From assembly GCA_026770705.1 (NCBI GenBank), contig JANJGN010000121.1, positions 744,001 to 808,000 of the forward strand: DNA of 64,000 nucleotides, given 5' to 3'. This stretch comes from Isurus oxyrinchus (taxonomy: Eukaryota). Shown here piece after piece: positions 1 to 11,375 of this stretch (positions are counted from its first letter, which is position 1; the number at the start of each line of letters is the position of its first letter). Below the pieces are notes generated by a model that was not told the DNA's origin, ran no database searches, and was given only the letters and a program-made list of their open reading frames with translations. The translations under genes and the position numbers were made by a program.

Positions 1-910
1 TAGTTTTGGCTTCATCTTTACTTTGGGACTGACTATCTGTCCCAATCCTTTGCTGCGTCTCCTGGCAACTCCTTTCAACAGAACTGAAAGTACTTTTCTG
101 TTTTTCTCGGTCTCTGTGTGTCCCTCCCTCTGGATCACTGTTGCTAGGCAACAGCACAGTTTCTTCTAACTTGTGTTTGTTTTGACTTCCCTTCAAGAGT
201 TATAAAAACTCATTAGATAGGCGGCTTCTTCCAAAGTGAAACCAAAACTCAAGTTCCCCCTTTTCAAAACACCCAAATACAGAAATACAAACTAAACTTG
301 AACTGAAAGATAGACCTTATGCCTAACGCACACAAATACACAGAGAACTTCCTTAAGCCAACCCCAGTTCTGAAAAATCACATGACGCACTTCCCCTCGA
401 GTGATGTCATGCTGCTGTCCCTGAAAGGCATATTACAACAGTGTTATCACTTGGCAGGTGATGTGTGCCAGGCAGACCAAGTCCCTGAGAGAAAGGTGGT
501 CACACGATCATAATGAATTTGCAATTTGTATTTATTATGAGATGTGTGCACTGAATTCAGAAGCAATAAGTCCACCAAGATCTTTAGAGATTTAAAAAAA
601 TAAATTAAAATATTTGTCACAAAAATAAAAGATTTTAAGCACATACATAAGACTACAATGACAGCTATAATAACTCCAAAAATTCCTAATTAATCTGACT
701 CCCAGTTACACTCCCTTTAAGGCAACAGACCAAAAATAGATTTTAGATTTAAAACAAACCCAGCAAGTTAACACAATGCCCTGGACAATGGAATTCCAAA
801 TGGATTTTCCCCAACTTCAGTTCTGTTGGATAGCAGGCTTGTGCACAAACAGGGTCCTGAGGACCATCAGCCAATGTAGAATGAACTTGTCCACTCCTGT
901 TTCCAGGATT
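1..910. mobile_element. LTR-like repeat fragments in the intron before V1
   Basis: From 442 onward it resembles the reverse complement of the 3' part of the TG..CA-bounded element at 40236-41187. Paralogous copy at ~16466-17370. Confidence 0.5.
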
Positions 911-1065
911 CTCTCCCATCCATTGTGATACCTTGGGGAGTTCCATGTGTGTCCTGTAGATGGTCCACACTGCAGCCACTGTGCCCCAGTGAAGGAGGGG
1001 GTGGATATCGAGTCTAGTGGATCGTCAAAACACACAGAGTTAAATATTAATATTTCTCTCCCCAG

Positions 1066-1443
1066 TTGGACTGTCACAAGAGTGGAAAGGCAACACTCCA
1101 CGAGAGGTGACAGCGCAGGAAGGTTCGTGTGTACAGATTCCATGTCATTACAGTTACTCATCACATTTGGTAAAGAAAACACATGTCGGAATCTGGTATA
1201 TGAGGAGGTACATACAGAACAAATGGTCTAAATGGTCTATAGCCTTTCACGCCAAGCATCACAATCGCGGGTTACCACGGTTCCACCATCGGACCCGGCT
1301 GTCTGGAGACGTGAAAGATGGCAACTGTTCCCTGATTATAAACAACATCAGACAGGAAGATGCAGGACCTTATTTTTTCAGGATAGAATTTGACATTGCT
1401 CCGAGCCATAACTATTACCCTGAAACCCAGCTTCACGTTTCTG
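1066..1443 (+). CDS. Gene A V-set exon V1 (Siglec-type sialic-acid-binding Ig domain, 'basic' C-C' type)
   Basis: Acceptor tttctctccccag, phase 1-1. Encodes GLSQEWKGNTPREVTAQEGSCVQIPCHYSY...GIW...GNCSLIINNIRQEDAGPYFFRIEF...QLHVS. Siglec signature: CxxIPC, E-strand CSL, and F-strand YFFR with no F-strand Cys. Donor is non-canonical G/GCAAGT. Confidence 0.88.
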
Positions 1444-1694
1444 GCAAGTTCTGTGTTATAATTACTCACCAATTCACATCCAACACTCAATGGGAAATAA
1501 TAGTGTTTGATTTGCTTGTTTTTTGGCCGTGTTAACCAGCGTCACTATTTTTAATGATTTGTCTATTTCTGCTCCCAGATCCATGAGCTTATTGTGTGTG
1601 ATTGAATCCACATCATAGCTGTAACGTAAACCGAGCTGAGGGGTGATGACACCTCCCCCCTGAGTGAAGTGTCTCCTCCCCACTACACCTTCCA

Positions 1695-3555
1695 CCCCTC
1701 ACACTGTCCGTGTAAACCCCCGTCCCATCTCCAGCCTCTCTTTCCTCTCCAAAGTCCTTGAACGTGTTTCCATCTCCCGAATCCATTCCCATCTTTCCCG
1801 GATCTCCATGTTTGAATCCCTCCAATCAGGTTCCCACCCCAGCCACTGTGCTGAAACAGCTCTTATCAAGGTCACAAATGGCATCCTGTGTGACTGTGAC
1901 AAAGGTCAACTTTCCTTCCTCGTCCTTCTCGATCTGTCTGCAGCCTTTGACACGCTCGACCACACCATCCTCCTCCAACACCTCTCCACTGTCGTCCAGC
2001 TGGGTGGGACTGCTCTTCCCTGGCTCCATTCTTATCCATCTCATCGTAGCCAGAGAATCACTTGCAATGGCTTTGCAGCATCATCTGAACAGTGTTAGTT
2101 TTCACCTGTCCACTGAGGATCCCCAGCTCTACCTCACCACCACCTCTCTCGACTCCTCCACTGCTGCTAAATTATCAGGCTGCTTATCCGACATCCAGTA
2201 CTGGATGGGCAGAAATTTCCTCCAATTAAATATTGGAAAGACTGAAGCCATTGTCTTCATTCCCCGCTCCAAACTCTGTTCCCTCGCTACCAACTCCATT
2301 CCTCTCCCTGACAGCTCTCTGAGATTGAAGCCAATCTGTTCCCAGCTTTGTTGTCCCATTTGATCCTGAGATGAGCTTCCGGCCTCATATCTGCGCCCTC
2401 ACTAACACCGTCTATTTCCACCTCCGGAACATCGCAAGACTTCACCCTGTCTCAGCTCATCTGCTGCTGAAACCCTCATCCACGCCTTCATTAACTCCAG
2501 TCTTGACTGTTCCAACACACGCTCCACACTCCATCAACTTGAGGCTATCCAGAACTGCTGACCACGTCCTTACTCACACCAAGTCCCATTCCCTTATCAC
2601 CCGCTCTGCTCGATGACCGAGACTGGCTCCTGGTCAAGCAAAGTCTCAATGTCCAAATTTTCATCTTTGTTTCCTCACTATCCCTGTAATCTCCTCGTCC
2701 TCCTCCAGTACCTACAACCCTCCCTATCTCTGTAACCTCCTCCAGCCCCTACAACACTCCCAATCTCTGTAACCTCTTGAAGTATGTACCGCTTCCCTAT
2801 ATCTGTAAATTCATCCTGCCCAACAAACCTACCAATCTCTGCAACCTCCTCCAGCCACTACAAACCTCCCTATTTCTGTAACTTCCTCCTGCCCCTAAAA
2901 GCTTCCCTATCACTGTAGCCTGCTCCAGTCCTGACAACTTTCCCTGCCCCTGTAACCTGCCCCAGTCACTACAACCCCCCCGACCTCTGCAAACTCCTCC
3001 AGACCCTACACTCTCCCAATCTCTCTTAACTTTTCCAGCCCATACAAACCTCCCTATTTCTGTAACTTCCTCCTGCCCCTAAAAGCTTCCCTATCACTGT
3101 AGCCTGCTCCAGTCCCGACAACTTTCCCTGCCCCTGTAACCTGCCCCAGTCACTACAACCTTCCTTCTCTCTGTAACCTCCTCCAGCCCCTCCAACCCTC
3201 TGAGGTCTCTGTGCTCATCCAATTCCAGCCTCTTGACCATCCCCCGATCCCATCACTACAACATCGGCGGCCGTGCCTTCAGCTTCCTGGGGCCCGAGCT
3301 CTGTAATACCCTCCCTCAACCCCTCTCCGTGCCTCTCTCTCACTCTCTCTATCTGTCTCTCTCTCTATTTCTATCTCTCTCTCTCTCTCACTATCCATTT
3401 CATCCCTCTTTTAAGATTCTCCATAACACCGACCTCTTCTGGCCAGCTGTCGCTAATATCTCCACACGTGTCTGGGTGACATACTTTGTTTTATGACGCT
3501 CCTGTGTAGCACCTTGGGGTGATTTGTCATGTTAAAGTTGTTGTGAAAATATAAG
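1695..3555 (+). mobile_element. Degenerate L2/CR1-group LINE (RT fragment, internal C-rich minisatellite, 3' end)
   Basis: RT motifs RPISSLSFLSKVLERV, LVLLDLSAAFDTLDH and LQLNIGKTE; GGRAFS 3' motif; ~37-bp ccctccctatctctgtaacctcctccagcccctacaa repeats. Confidence 0.8.
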
Positions 3556-4109
3556 TTGTTGTCCTTTGACCCTCGACCCCAGATCGAGTCTTATTTTTGA
3601 GGGAATGTACAACCTCCTTAGATTTCTGACCAAAATGTCATTTGATTATTTTCATTGAGCGAATGCCAAGCCCCGATACCGAGCGAGAGCCTCCTCATTT
3701 GCTGAGTTTAGGGTGATGAGTCAGCCCCTTAGTCCGTAGACGGGATTCTCCTTGGTAATGTGCAGCCTTGTTTGTGTCTCCCCACAAGCGCATGAGGGGT
3801 TTGCACAGAGGCTGCAGCGCTGGAGGGGGTCTGCACAGGGGTCCTGGCCTGTCCTGAGCCGGTTTTAGCAAGGACCACTCTGGCCTTGGCAGCTGAAAGC
3901 CAGCCATTGGACAGACGGGGCCTGTCACAAGGAGCCTGTTAGTCACTCCCCACCGTGTCTCCAGTGCTCGGATCCAGACCATGTTGGCTGGTGGATCTGG
4001 CTCAGGAAGGGTCCTCCCCATGGGTCCCCCAGATGGAAGGTGGGTCGAGCGGGTCAGTCACTTGCATGTTTATTCTGCAGCTTTAATATTTTAAGATGGT
4101 AAGAATGTA

Positions 4110-4835
4110 GGATCATAAGAAATAGGGACAGGAGCAGGCCATTCGGCCCCTCGAGCCTGCTCTCACTGATCTGGTTGTGGCCTTAACTCCATTTTCCTGC
4201 CTGTCCCCCAAACCCTTGACTCCCTTGTCGATCAAAAACCTGCCTCACTCAGCCTTGAGTCTATTCAATGGCCCAGCCTCCACTGCTCTCTGGGGAAGAG
4301 AATTCCACAGGCTAGCGCCCCTCTGAGAGAGGAAATTCCTCCTCATCTCAGTCTTAAATGGGAGAGCCCTCATTTCGAAACTGTGCTCCCTGGTTCTAGA
4401 TTCCCCCACGAGGGGGAAACATCCTCCCAGCATCCACCCTGTCAAGCCCCCTCGGAATCGGATATGTTTCAATAAGGTCACCCCTCATTCTTCTAAACTC
4501 CAATGGATACAGGCCCAACCTGCTCAACATTTCCTCACAGGACAAACCCTTTAATCCCAGGAATCAGCCCAGTGAAGCTTCTCTGAACTGCTTGTACACA
4601 ATGATCCTGTTACAATCTCACTAACGCCCTGTGCAGCTGTTGCAAGACTTCCCTCCTTTTATACTCCATCCCTTTGCAATAAAGGCCAACATTCCACTTG
4701 CCTTCCTCATTCCGTGGTGTTCCTGAATGCTGACTTTCTGTGATTCATGTACAAGGACACCCAGATCCCTCTGTACTGCATTCTGCAGCCTGTCTCCATT
4801 TAAATAATATTCTGTTTTTCTATTCTTCCTGCCAA
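4110..4835 (-). mobile_element. CR1-type LINE 3' fragment
   Basis: Minus-strand peptides QRDLGVLVHESQKVS and FKTEMRRNFLSQR..LWNSLPQRAVEA. Confidence 0.8.
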
Positions 4836-4956
4836 TATAATTTGTTGCCATTCTCCTCAGTATTGACCATCCCCCCAATTCAGCCTCATCTGTAAATTTT
4901 GAGTCTAGCGGATCCACAAACCATCCAGAGTTAAATATTGATATTTCTCTCCCCAG

Positions 4957-5325
4957 TTGGACTGTCACAAGAGTGGAAAGGTGACACTCCACGAGAGGTG
5001 ACAGCGCAGGAAGGTTCGTGTGTACAGATTCCATGTCATTACAGTTATCCATCGTGTCTGGAAAACCAACCGCGAGGTGGAGTCTGGTTTAATAATGAGG
5101 AACAGATTCCCTGGGCTCCCATTGCCTTTCACTCCAAGGATCACAGTCATGAGTTACCACGTTTCCACAATCGGACCCGGCTGTCTGGAGACCTGAAACA
5201 TGGCGACTGTTCCCTGATTATAAACAACATCAGACGGGAAGATGCAGGACCTTATTTTTTCAGAATAGAATTTGACAATGGTCCGAGCCATAACTATTAC
5301 CCTGTAACCCAGCTTCACGTTTCTG
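4957..5325 (+). CDS. Gene A V-set exon V2 (Siglec-type, 'acidic' C-C' type)
   Basis: Acceptor ccccag, donor G/GTAAGT, phase 1-1, open frame, motifs GSCVQIPC, GDCSL and YFFRIE. Confidence 0.92.
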
Positions 5326-6053
5326 GTAAGTGCTGTGTTATAATTACTCATTAATTCACATCCAACACTCAATGGGAAATAACACAAACTGTGACGTTTA
5401 CATATTAACACAAAACACAGCTTATTATAACACACTGTCTGATTCTCAATAACCTGGTGATAGCTTCCAGTTCAGTCCTAAAGCAACCTCTAATACTCAC
5501 TTTAATGACAATGATTAAATGTATTGACTGTGTCCATCAATGTTATCAGGTTATCCACTCCCATCGATCTCTCTAATCCTGTCTTGAAGTCTGACATATC
5601 GACAGAAGAAAGATTCACATTTCTGTAGCACCTTTCACCACCTCACCACGGACGAAATCACTTCACAGCCAATGAGCTGATTCCTGAATTGTAGTTACTG
5701 TTGTAATGTGAGAAACACAGCAGCCAATTTGTGCACAGCAAGCTCCCACAAATTGCAAAGTAATAAATGGCCCAGATTGCTGAGTGAATGATGGGGTAGT
5801 GCACTCCAAACTCTGGTCTGCTCCTTCACCCTCACCCACTATTATCAGTTCAAGTGTCTCGGAGTGAACGTGTATTAAGCTGAGAGACAGAAATACCAAA
5901 GTCTCAAAGCAGGAAATTCTCTCCTGATCATTGTAATCTCTCAGATCTGATATCATCCTTGTAAAAGTGCTTTTTCTTGTGGGACTGTGATTTCTATTTG
6001 AACTGATGCTTCACGTTATATTTCTCTAAAAGGATCCATTCTCTGTCTGTTAG

Positions 6054-6350
6054 ATTTCACAGATAAACCCACGATATTCCCTGCTGAAATTATTGCAGGA
6101 AAGCGTGTGGATGTAAGCTGCACCTTCAACACAACGTGCAATGGAACAGCAGCACCTGTCTTAACCTGGGACACTCCCACTGACGTACGTGGATCAGTCT
6201 CAAACACTGTAACTCAGCATGGTGTCAGTCTGACCTATACTTCTGTTCTGACCCTGATCCCATCACTCAAACACCACGGACACACTCTCAGCTGCAGAGT
6301 GAGATATCCATCTGTTTCATCGGAGCGGACCCTCGTACTAACTGTGCAAG
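6054..6350 (+). CDS. Gene A C2-set Ig exon (Siglec domain 2)
   Basis: Acceptor ctgtctgttag, donor G/GTAAGT, phase 1-1. Encodes DFTDKPTIFPAEIIAGKRVDVSCTFNTTCNGTAAPVLTW...HHGHTLSCRVRYP...LTVQ, with the extra Cys typical of Siglec D2. Confidence 0.92.
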
Positions 6351-6673
6351 GTAAGTACGGACACCCTTCATTCTACATCAGCACTCCCTCAGCGCTGACC
6401 CTCTGACAGTGCAGCCTGTTCTCAGTATCCACATTCTCATGCCTCTCAAAGTGCTTCACAGTCGATAGAAGTTAACTGATCTTTATTTGATTGTTGCTGA
6501 ATGAAGAGACAAGCTGTCTAAACTTTACATCTCACACACATTATTTTCCATGGCAACACCTCCTCCAATCAGTGACCACTTGCTGATTAACCAGCACTCT
6601 CTTCCCTTTGAATATAAATTGTTGTTCACTTTCTGTTGGTAAACCTGCAATCTGTCTTGTTGAGTCCGGTCCT

Positions 6674-6825
6674 GACATCTGAATATTACAATGAACAGAA
6701 CAAGTTCCAACAATGAGCTGTGGTTGGTGATTCCTCACGTTACATCCAGGGACACTGGAGACTATCAGTGTGCTCAGAGAATGAACATGGAGCAGTGGAG
6801 GGGTTCATAACCATCACTGTGGAAC
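6674..6825 (+). pseudogene. Gene A remnant of C2 domain-3 exon (5' half and acceptor lost, 1-nt deletion)
   Basis: Nearly identical to 30590-30742, but has cagtgtgctcagagaat instead of cagtgtgtggcagagaat (frameshift), and upstream homology is absent. Confidence 0.85.
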
Positions 6826-7946
6826 GTTAGTTAAGACAAACTTCAACATCTCTCTCAGATTGAAACACTACAACAACACACATAAATATACAGCCTTATA
6901 TCGACACCTGCAGACACACAATCCCACATCTATGAGCACACACAAAGACACACTCACAAACAAACACACTAGCACATACTCCCCTGTGGATTACCTGACC
7001 TCCCTCAGTGCTGCACCGGTGAGTTGACCTGGATTCTGGGATTTGTGTTCCCTTTCATATTTATGGAAGAATATGGAAATTGCAAAGTCTATTACAGACA
7101 CTCAGATGCACAGAGATACTCACAGATACTCTCTGCCTCTCCAACTCTCTATCCTCCTTTAAGAACCTTCCTGAAATCTAACTCTTTGACCAGTCACCTG
7201 TCCCAATTCCTCCTTACGTGATTTTGTGTGAAATTTTGTTTGAGTATTTGAGAGTAAGAGGAAAGTGGAGAGGTTTAGGAAGGGAATTCCTGTTGCTGAA
7301 AAGCTTACATCAAGTTCTCAGCTTTCCAGTGCCCATTTTTCACATGATGTCCAATGTCCTTGTTCATAATGGGGATTGCCTATGTAAACGTCACGCTGTA
7401 GTTACACTCTCCCACCAGTGGTGGCACGGTCGCACTTAACCCTTGCATCTCCAAGCTTTTCAAGCAATTTCACTTCCTAATTTCCTACTATTCACCTCAA
7501 CCATTCCCTGTGGGAGCGAGTTCCACATTCTCCCCTCTCTCTGGGTAAAGATTGGAACTGTTTATTAAGCGGGGGGTGTAAGTCCGTGGGGGAGTCCATC
7601 TCGATCCTGCCCGATTCGCACACGCGTCCGAGATGGATTTCCACCCGGCACTAAACGTTTCCAGAATTTTCTACAGCACAATCCTGTACACAGCGATGGA
7701 GAGAAACATTGGACAGGGAGTCCAACAGCACAATGATCCATTCTCACCAATGTTCCACGCTAAGGGGAAAGTTCCGATTGTCCACTCTTAGAGTGTTTAC
7801 AATGAAAACATTCATTCCACATTGAATCCCAGTGAATGGGTCAATATTACAGCAAATGTTGCAGTGATATGAAGCTTGATTGTTCAGCCAGAGTGAGAGA
7901 TTGAAAGCGGAGAGTCAGTGATGATTTCTTTCTGTGTGTTCTCTAG

Positions 7947-8086
7947 ACAGTGGAGGAGAGATTCTGCACGTGATCCTGATCCTGGGAATACGAGCTGTGA
8001 TATTCCTTGTGGCTGTGGTTATCACTATCGCTGGAGTCTGTGTCTGGGAGAGACAAACAGTGAAAGGAAGTCGACAGACTGTTTGA
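7947..8086 (+). CDS. Gene A transmembrane/terminal coding exon with intramembrane Arg and short tail (activating-type)
   Basis: Acceptor ttctttctgtgtgttctctag, phase 1. Encodes DSGGEILHVILILGIRAVIFLVAVVITIAGVCVWERQTVKGSRQTV*, with Arg codon CGA at 7991-7993. It is not in the ORF track in this frame. Confidence 0.82.
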
Positions 8087-8194
8087 AGCTTTGTACAGCA
8101 ACAATCTGGTCAGTCAGTGTGGACAAATAACGTGTGATGTTGGGTTAAGTTGTAATGAAACTGGTCAGTGTCCTGGTTAGAATCACCTTCGTAT

Positions 8195-8805
8195 CAGAGA
8201 GGCATTCCAGCACAGTGGGAGCCCATTCAGCCCATTGAGTCCATGCTGCCTCTCTGTAAAGCAATACAGTCAGTCCCATTCCCCCGCTCTATCCCCGTAT
8301 CTCTGCAAGTTTATTTCCTCTCAAGTGTCCATCCAATTTCCTTTTGAAATCGTTCATCGTCTCAACTTCCACCATCCTCGTAGGCAGCGAGTTCCAGCTC
8401 ATTACCACTCGCTGTGTAAAAAAGTTCCTCCTCACATCGCCCCTCTGCCCAAAACCTTCAATCTGTGTCCCCCAGTCCTTGTCTCATCAGCTAATGGCAA
8501 CAGCTTCTCTTTGTCTGCCTTATCTAAACCCATCATCATCTTGTACACCTCGATCAGATCCCCCCTCAATCTCTTTTGCTCCAAGGAGAACAACCCCAGC
8601 TTCTCCAACCCAACCTTGTAGCTAAAATCCCTCATCCCTGGACCCATTCTGCTCAATCTCCTCCCCACCCTCTCAAGGACCCTCACTTCCTTCCCAAAGT
8701 GAGGAGACCAGAACTGGACACAATACTCTAGTTGTGACATAACCAGAGCTTTATAAATGTTCAGCATAACCTCCCTGTGTTTGTACTCAATCCCTCGATT
8801 TATGA
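8195..8805 (-). mobile_element. CR1-type LINE 3' fragment
   Basis: Peptide LEYCVQFWSPH...LGLFSLEQKRLRGDLIEVYK. Confidence 0.8.
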
Positions 8806-9163
8806 AAAGCTTATTCTTTCCATCAGCACAAACAGCAATTTCCAAGCGGACTCCCATCAGCAGACAGAGTGCAATGAAACATCGGCATGCCTGCTTCTTA
8901 ATGTACGGAGAGAAACCTGCAACGAGAGATTCTCCTTCTTCTCCTCAGCAAGCTGAAACTTTTCCTTATACCTGGTGCTCCCCAGTCCTGCTGTGTGGAC
9001 ACATCTTAACCACGGCACTGTCTGGCTGTGTGCAGCCAACATGGTCGAATAGGAATGAACAGAAATGTGACGTTGCTAAACTCTGTTCTCTGATTGGAAT
9101 GTGCTTTCTGAATGCTGCACCTTTTTCATGCTGCGATAGATTGTAAGAAGCATTTGTGTTATG

Positions 9164-9169
9164 AATAAA
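9164..9169 (+). terminator. Candidate polyadenylation signal of gene A
   Basis: AATAAA at the end of a block (9025-9170) homologous to sequence 3' of the terminal exons of genes B (39975-40100) and C (62788-62900). Confidence 0.5.
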
Positions 9170-9524
9170 ATTACATTGATTTACTCAAGTGATTAAAATG
9201 CTCAGCCTGTTCTGTAAATATTTATAGATTAAAATTCTTATTTTGAAGCCAAATTTTTGGCTCAAAGACATTACTTCATGTTGTCACATTTGTTCTATCA
9301 TACGAATTCCTGTGCCCAGCTTTATAATAGAAATTTCCCATGTAAACATGTCACATTGTAGTTTCACACTCCTGCCAGTGGTGGTGCCATTCCAAAGCTG
9401 TCTTGCTGCACCAAACTGAGAAATATTCTCGACGTGTACATGATGTTGTTGTTACACGGACATCAGGCGGAACCTTGGGCAGTGCCTAGAATGCACTTAG
9501 GACAGTGCAGACCACGCTCAGAAC

Positions 9525-11375
9525 TGACAGTGCAGCGTTTCCTCAGTGCTGACCCTCCATCAGTGCAGCGTTCCCTCATTACTGTCCCTCTGACAGTGCT
9601 GCACTACCTCATTATTGACCCTTTTCAAGTGCAGCACCCCGTCAGCACTGACCTTCTGACAGTGCAGCACTCCCTCTTGGATGACAATCTGGCAGTGCAG
9701 CACTCCCTCAGTACTCACTCACCCACAGTGCAGCATTCCCTCAGTACTGATCCTCTGATACTGTATCCCTCCCTCACTACTGACCTTCCGACAGTTCAGC
9801 ACTCCCTCAGTACTGACGCTCCCACAGTGCAGCACTCCCTCAATTCTCACCCTCCCACAGTGCAGCACTCCCTCTGTACTCACTCTCCCGAAGTGCAGCA
9901 CTCCCTCAGTACTCCCCCTCCCACAGTGCAGCACTCCCTCAGTACTCCCCCTCCCACAGTGCAGCACTCCCTCAATTCTCACCCTCCCACAGTGCAGCAC
10001 TCCCTCAGGACTCACCCTCCCACAGTGCAGCACTCCCTCAGTACTCACCCTCCCACAGTGCAGTACTCCCTCAGGACTCACCCTCCCACAGTTCAGCCCT
10101 CCCTCAGTACTCACTCTCCCGAAGTGCTGTGCGAGTTGTTTCAATCAAGACTGGTGCCCCAAGAGGGAGGTTTCATTGCTAAATCATTGAATTCCGTGAA
10201 AATTATTTTTAGGCTTACGGGAACAAGACTTAGTTCCTCAAATCCTTTCTTTTGCAATAACACACAGTACAAGAATCTCTGTTTAAATAAATTCCAGTTA
10301 AACTTTGCCATGAAAGGATATCTCCTCACGCTCCGCTCTACCTCAGTACTAACCCTCCCACAGTCCGGCACCCCCTCAATACTGACCCTCCAACTGTGCG
10401 GAACTCACTCAGTACAGACCCTCCGACAGTGCAGCACTCCCACATTACTGACCCTCTGACAGTGCAGCCCTCCCACATTACTGACCCTCTGACAGTGCAG
10501 CACTCCCTCATTACTGACCACCTGACAGTGCAGACCTCCCACATTACTGACCCTCTGACAGTGCAGCCCTCCCACATTACTGACCCTCTGACTGTGCAGC
10601 CCTCCCACATTACTGACCCTCTGATAGTGCAGCACTCCCTCATTACTGACCACCTGACAATGCAGACCTCCCACATTACTGACCCTCTGACAGTGCAGCC
10701 CTCCCACATTACTGATCCTCTGACAGTGCAGCACTCCCTCATTACTGATCCTCTGACAGTGCAGCACTCCCTCAGTACTCACTCTCCCACAGTGCAGCAC
10801 TCCCTCAGTACTCACACTCCCACAGTGCAGCCCGCGCTCAGTACTCACCCTCCCACAGTGCAGCACTCCCTCAGTACTCACCCTCCCACTGTGCTGTGCG
10901 AGTTGTTTCAATCAAGACTGGTGCCCAAAGAGGCAAGTTTCAAAGCTAAATCATTGAAATCTGTGAAAATTATTTTTAGGGTTATGGGAACAAGACTTAG
11001 TTCCTCAAATCCTTTCTTTTGCAATAACACACAGTACAAGAATTGTGTTTAAATAAATTCCAGTTAAACTCTGCCATGAAAGGATATCTCCTCACACTCC
11101 ACTCTACCTCAGTACTAACCCTCCCACAGTCCGGCACCCCCTCAATACTGACCCTCCAACTGTGTGGAACCCACTCAGTACAGACCCACCGACAGTTCAG
11201 CACTCCCACATTATTTACCCTCTGATAGTGCAGCACTCCCTCATTACTGACCCTCTGATGTTGCAGCACTCCCACATTACTGACTCTCTGACCGTGCAGC
11301 CCTCCCACATTACTGACCCTCTGATAGTGCAGCACTCCCACAGTACAGTGCTGCTGACAGTGCAGCACTCCCTCC
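9525..11375. repeat. 33-bp minisatellite (cagtgcagcactccctcagtactgaccctctga) with a ~770-bp higher-order duplication
   Basis: Directly visible tandem units; an AT-richer spacer occurs twice (~10125-10330 and ~10892-11095). Confidence 0.9.

Noticed and set aside
1444-1535. Read-through of V exons into the intron (GKCCVIITHQ...FWPC*) as secreted single-V isoforms
   Set aside because: It is ordinary intron sequence, the stop position differs among copies, and I noticed no nearby polyA signal; it needs transcript evidence
1664-2616. Thrice-repeated RT-like ORFs as a conserved functional gene (for example a diversity-generating RT beside V exons)
   Set aside because: Fragmented, frameshifted L2-type LINE lacking an intact YADD motif; the copies are explained by the segmental duplications
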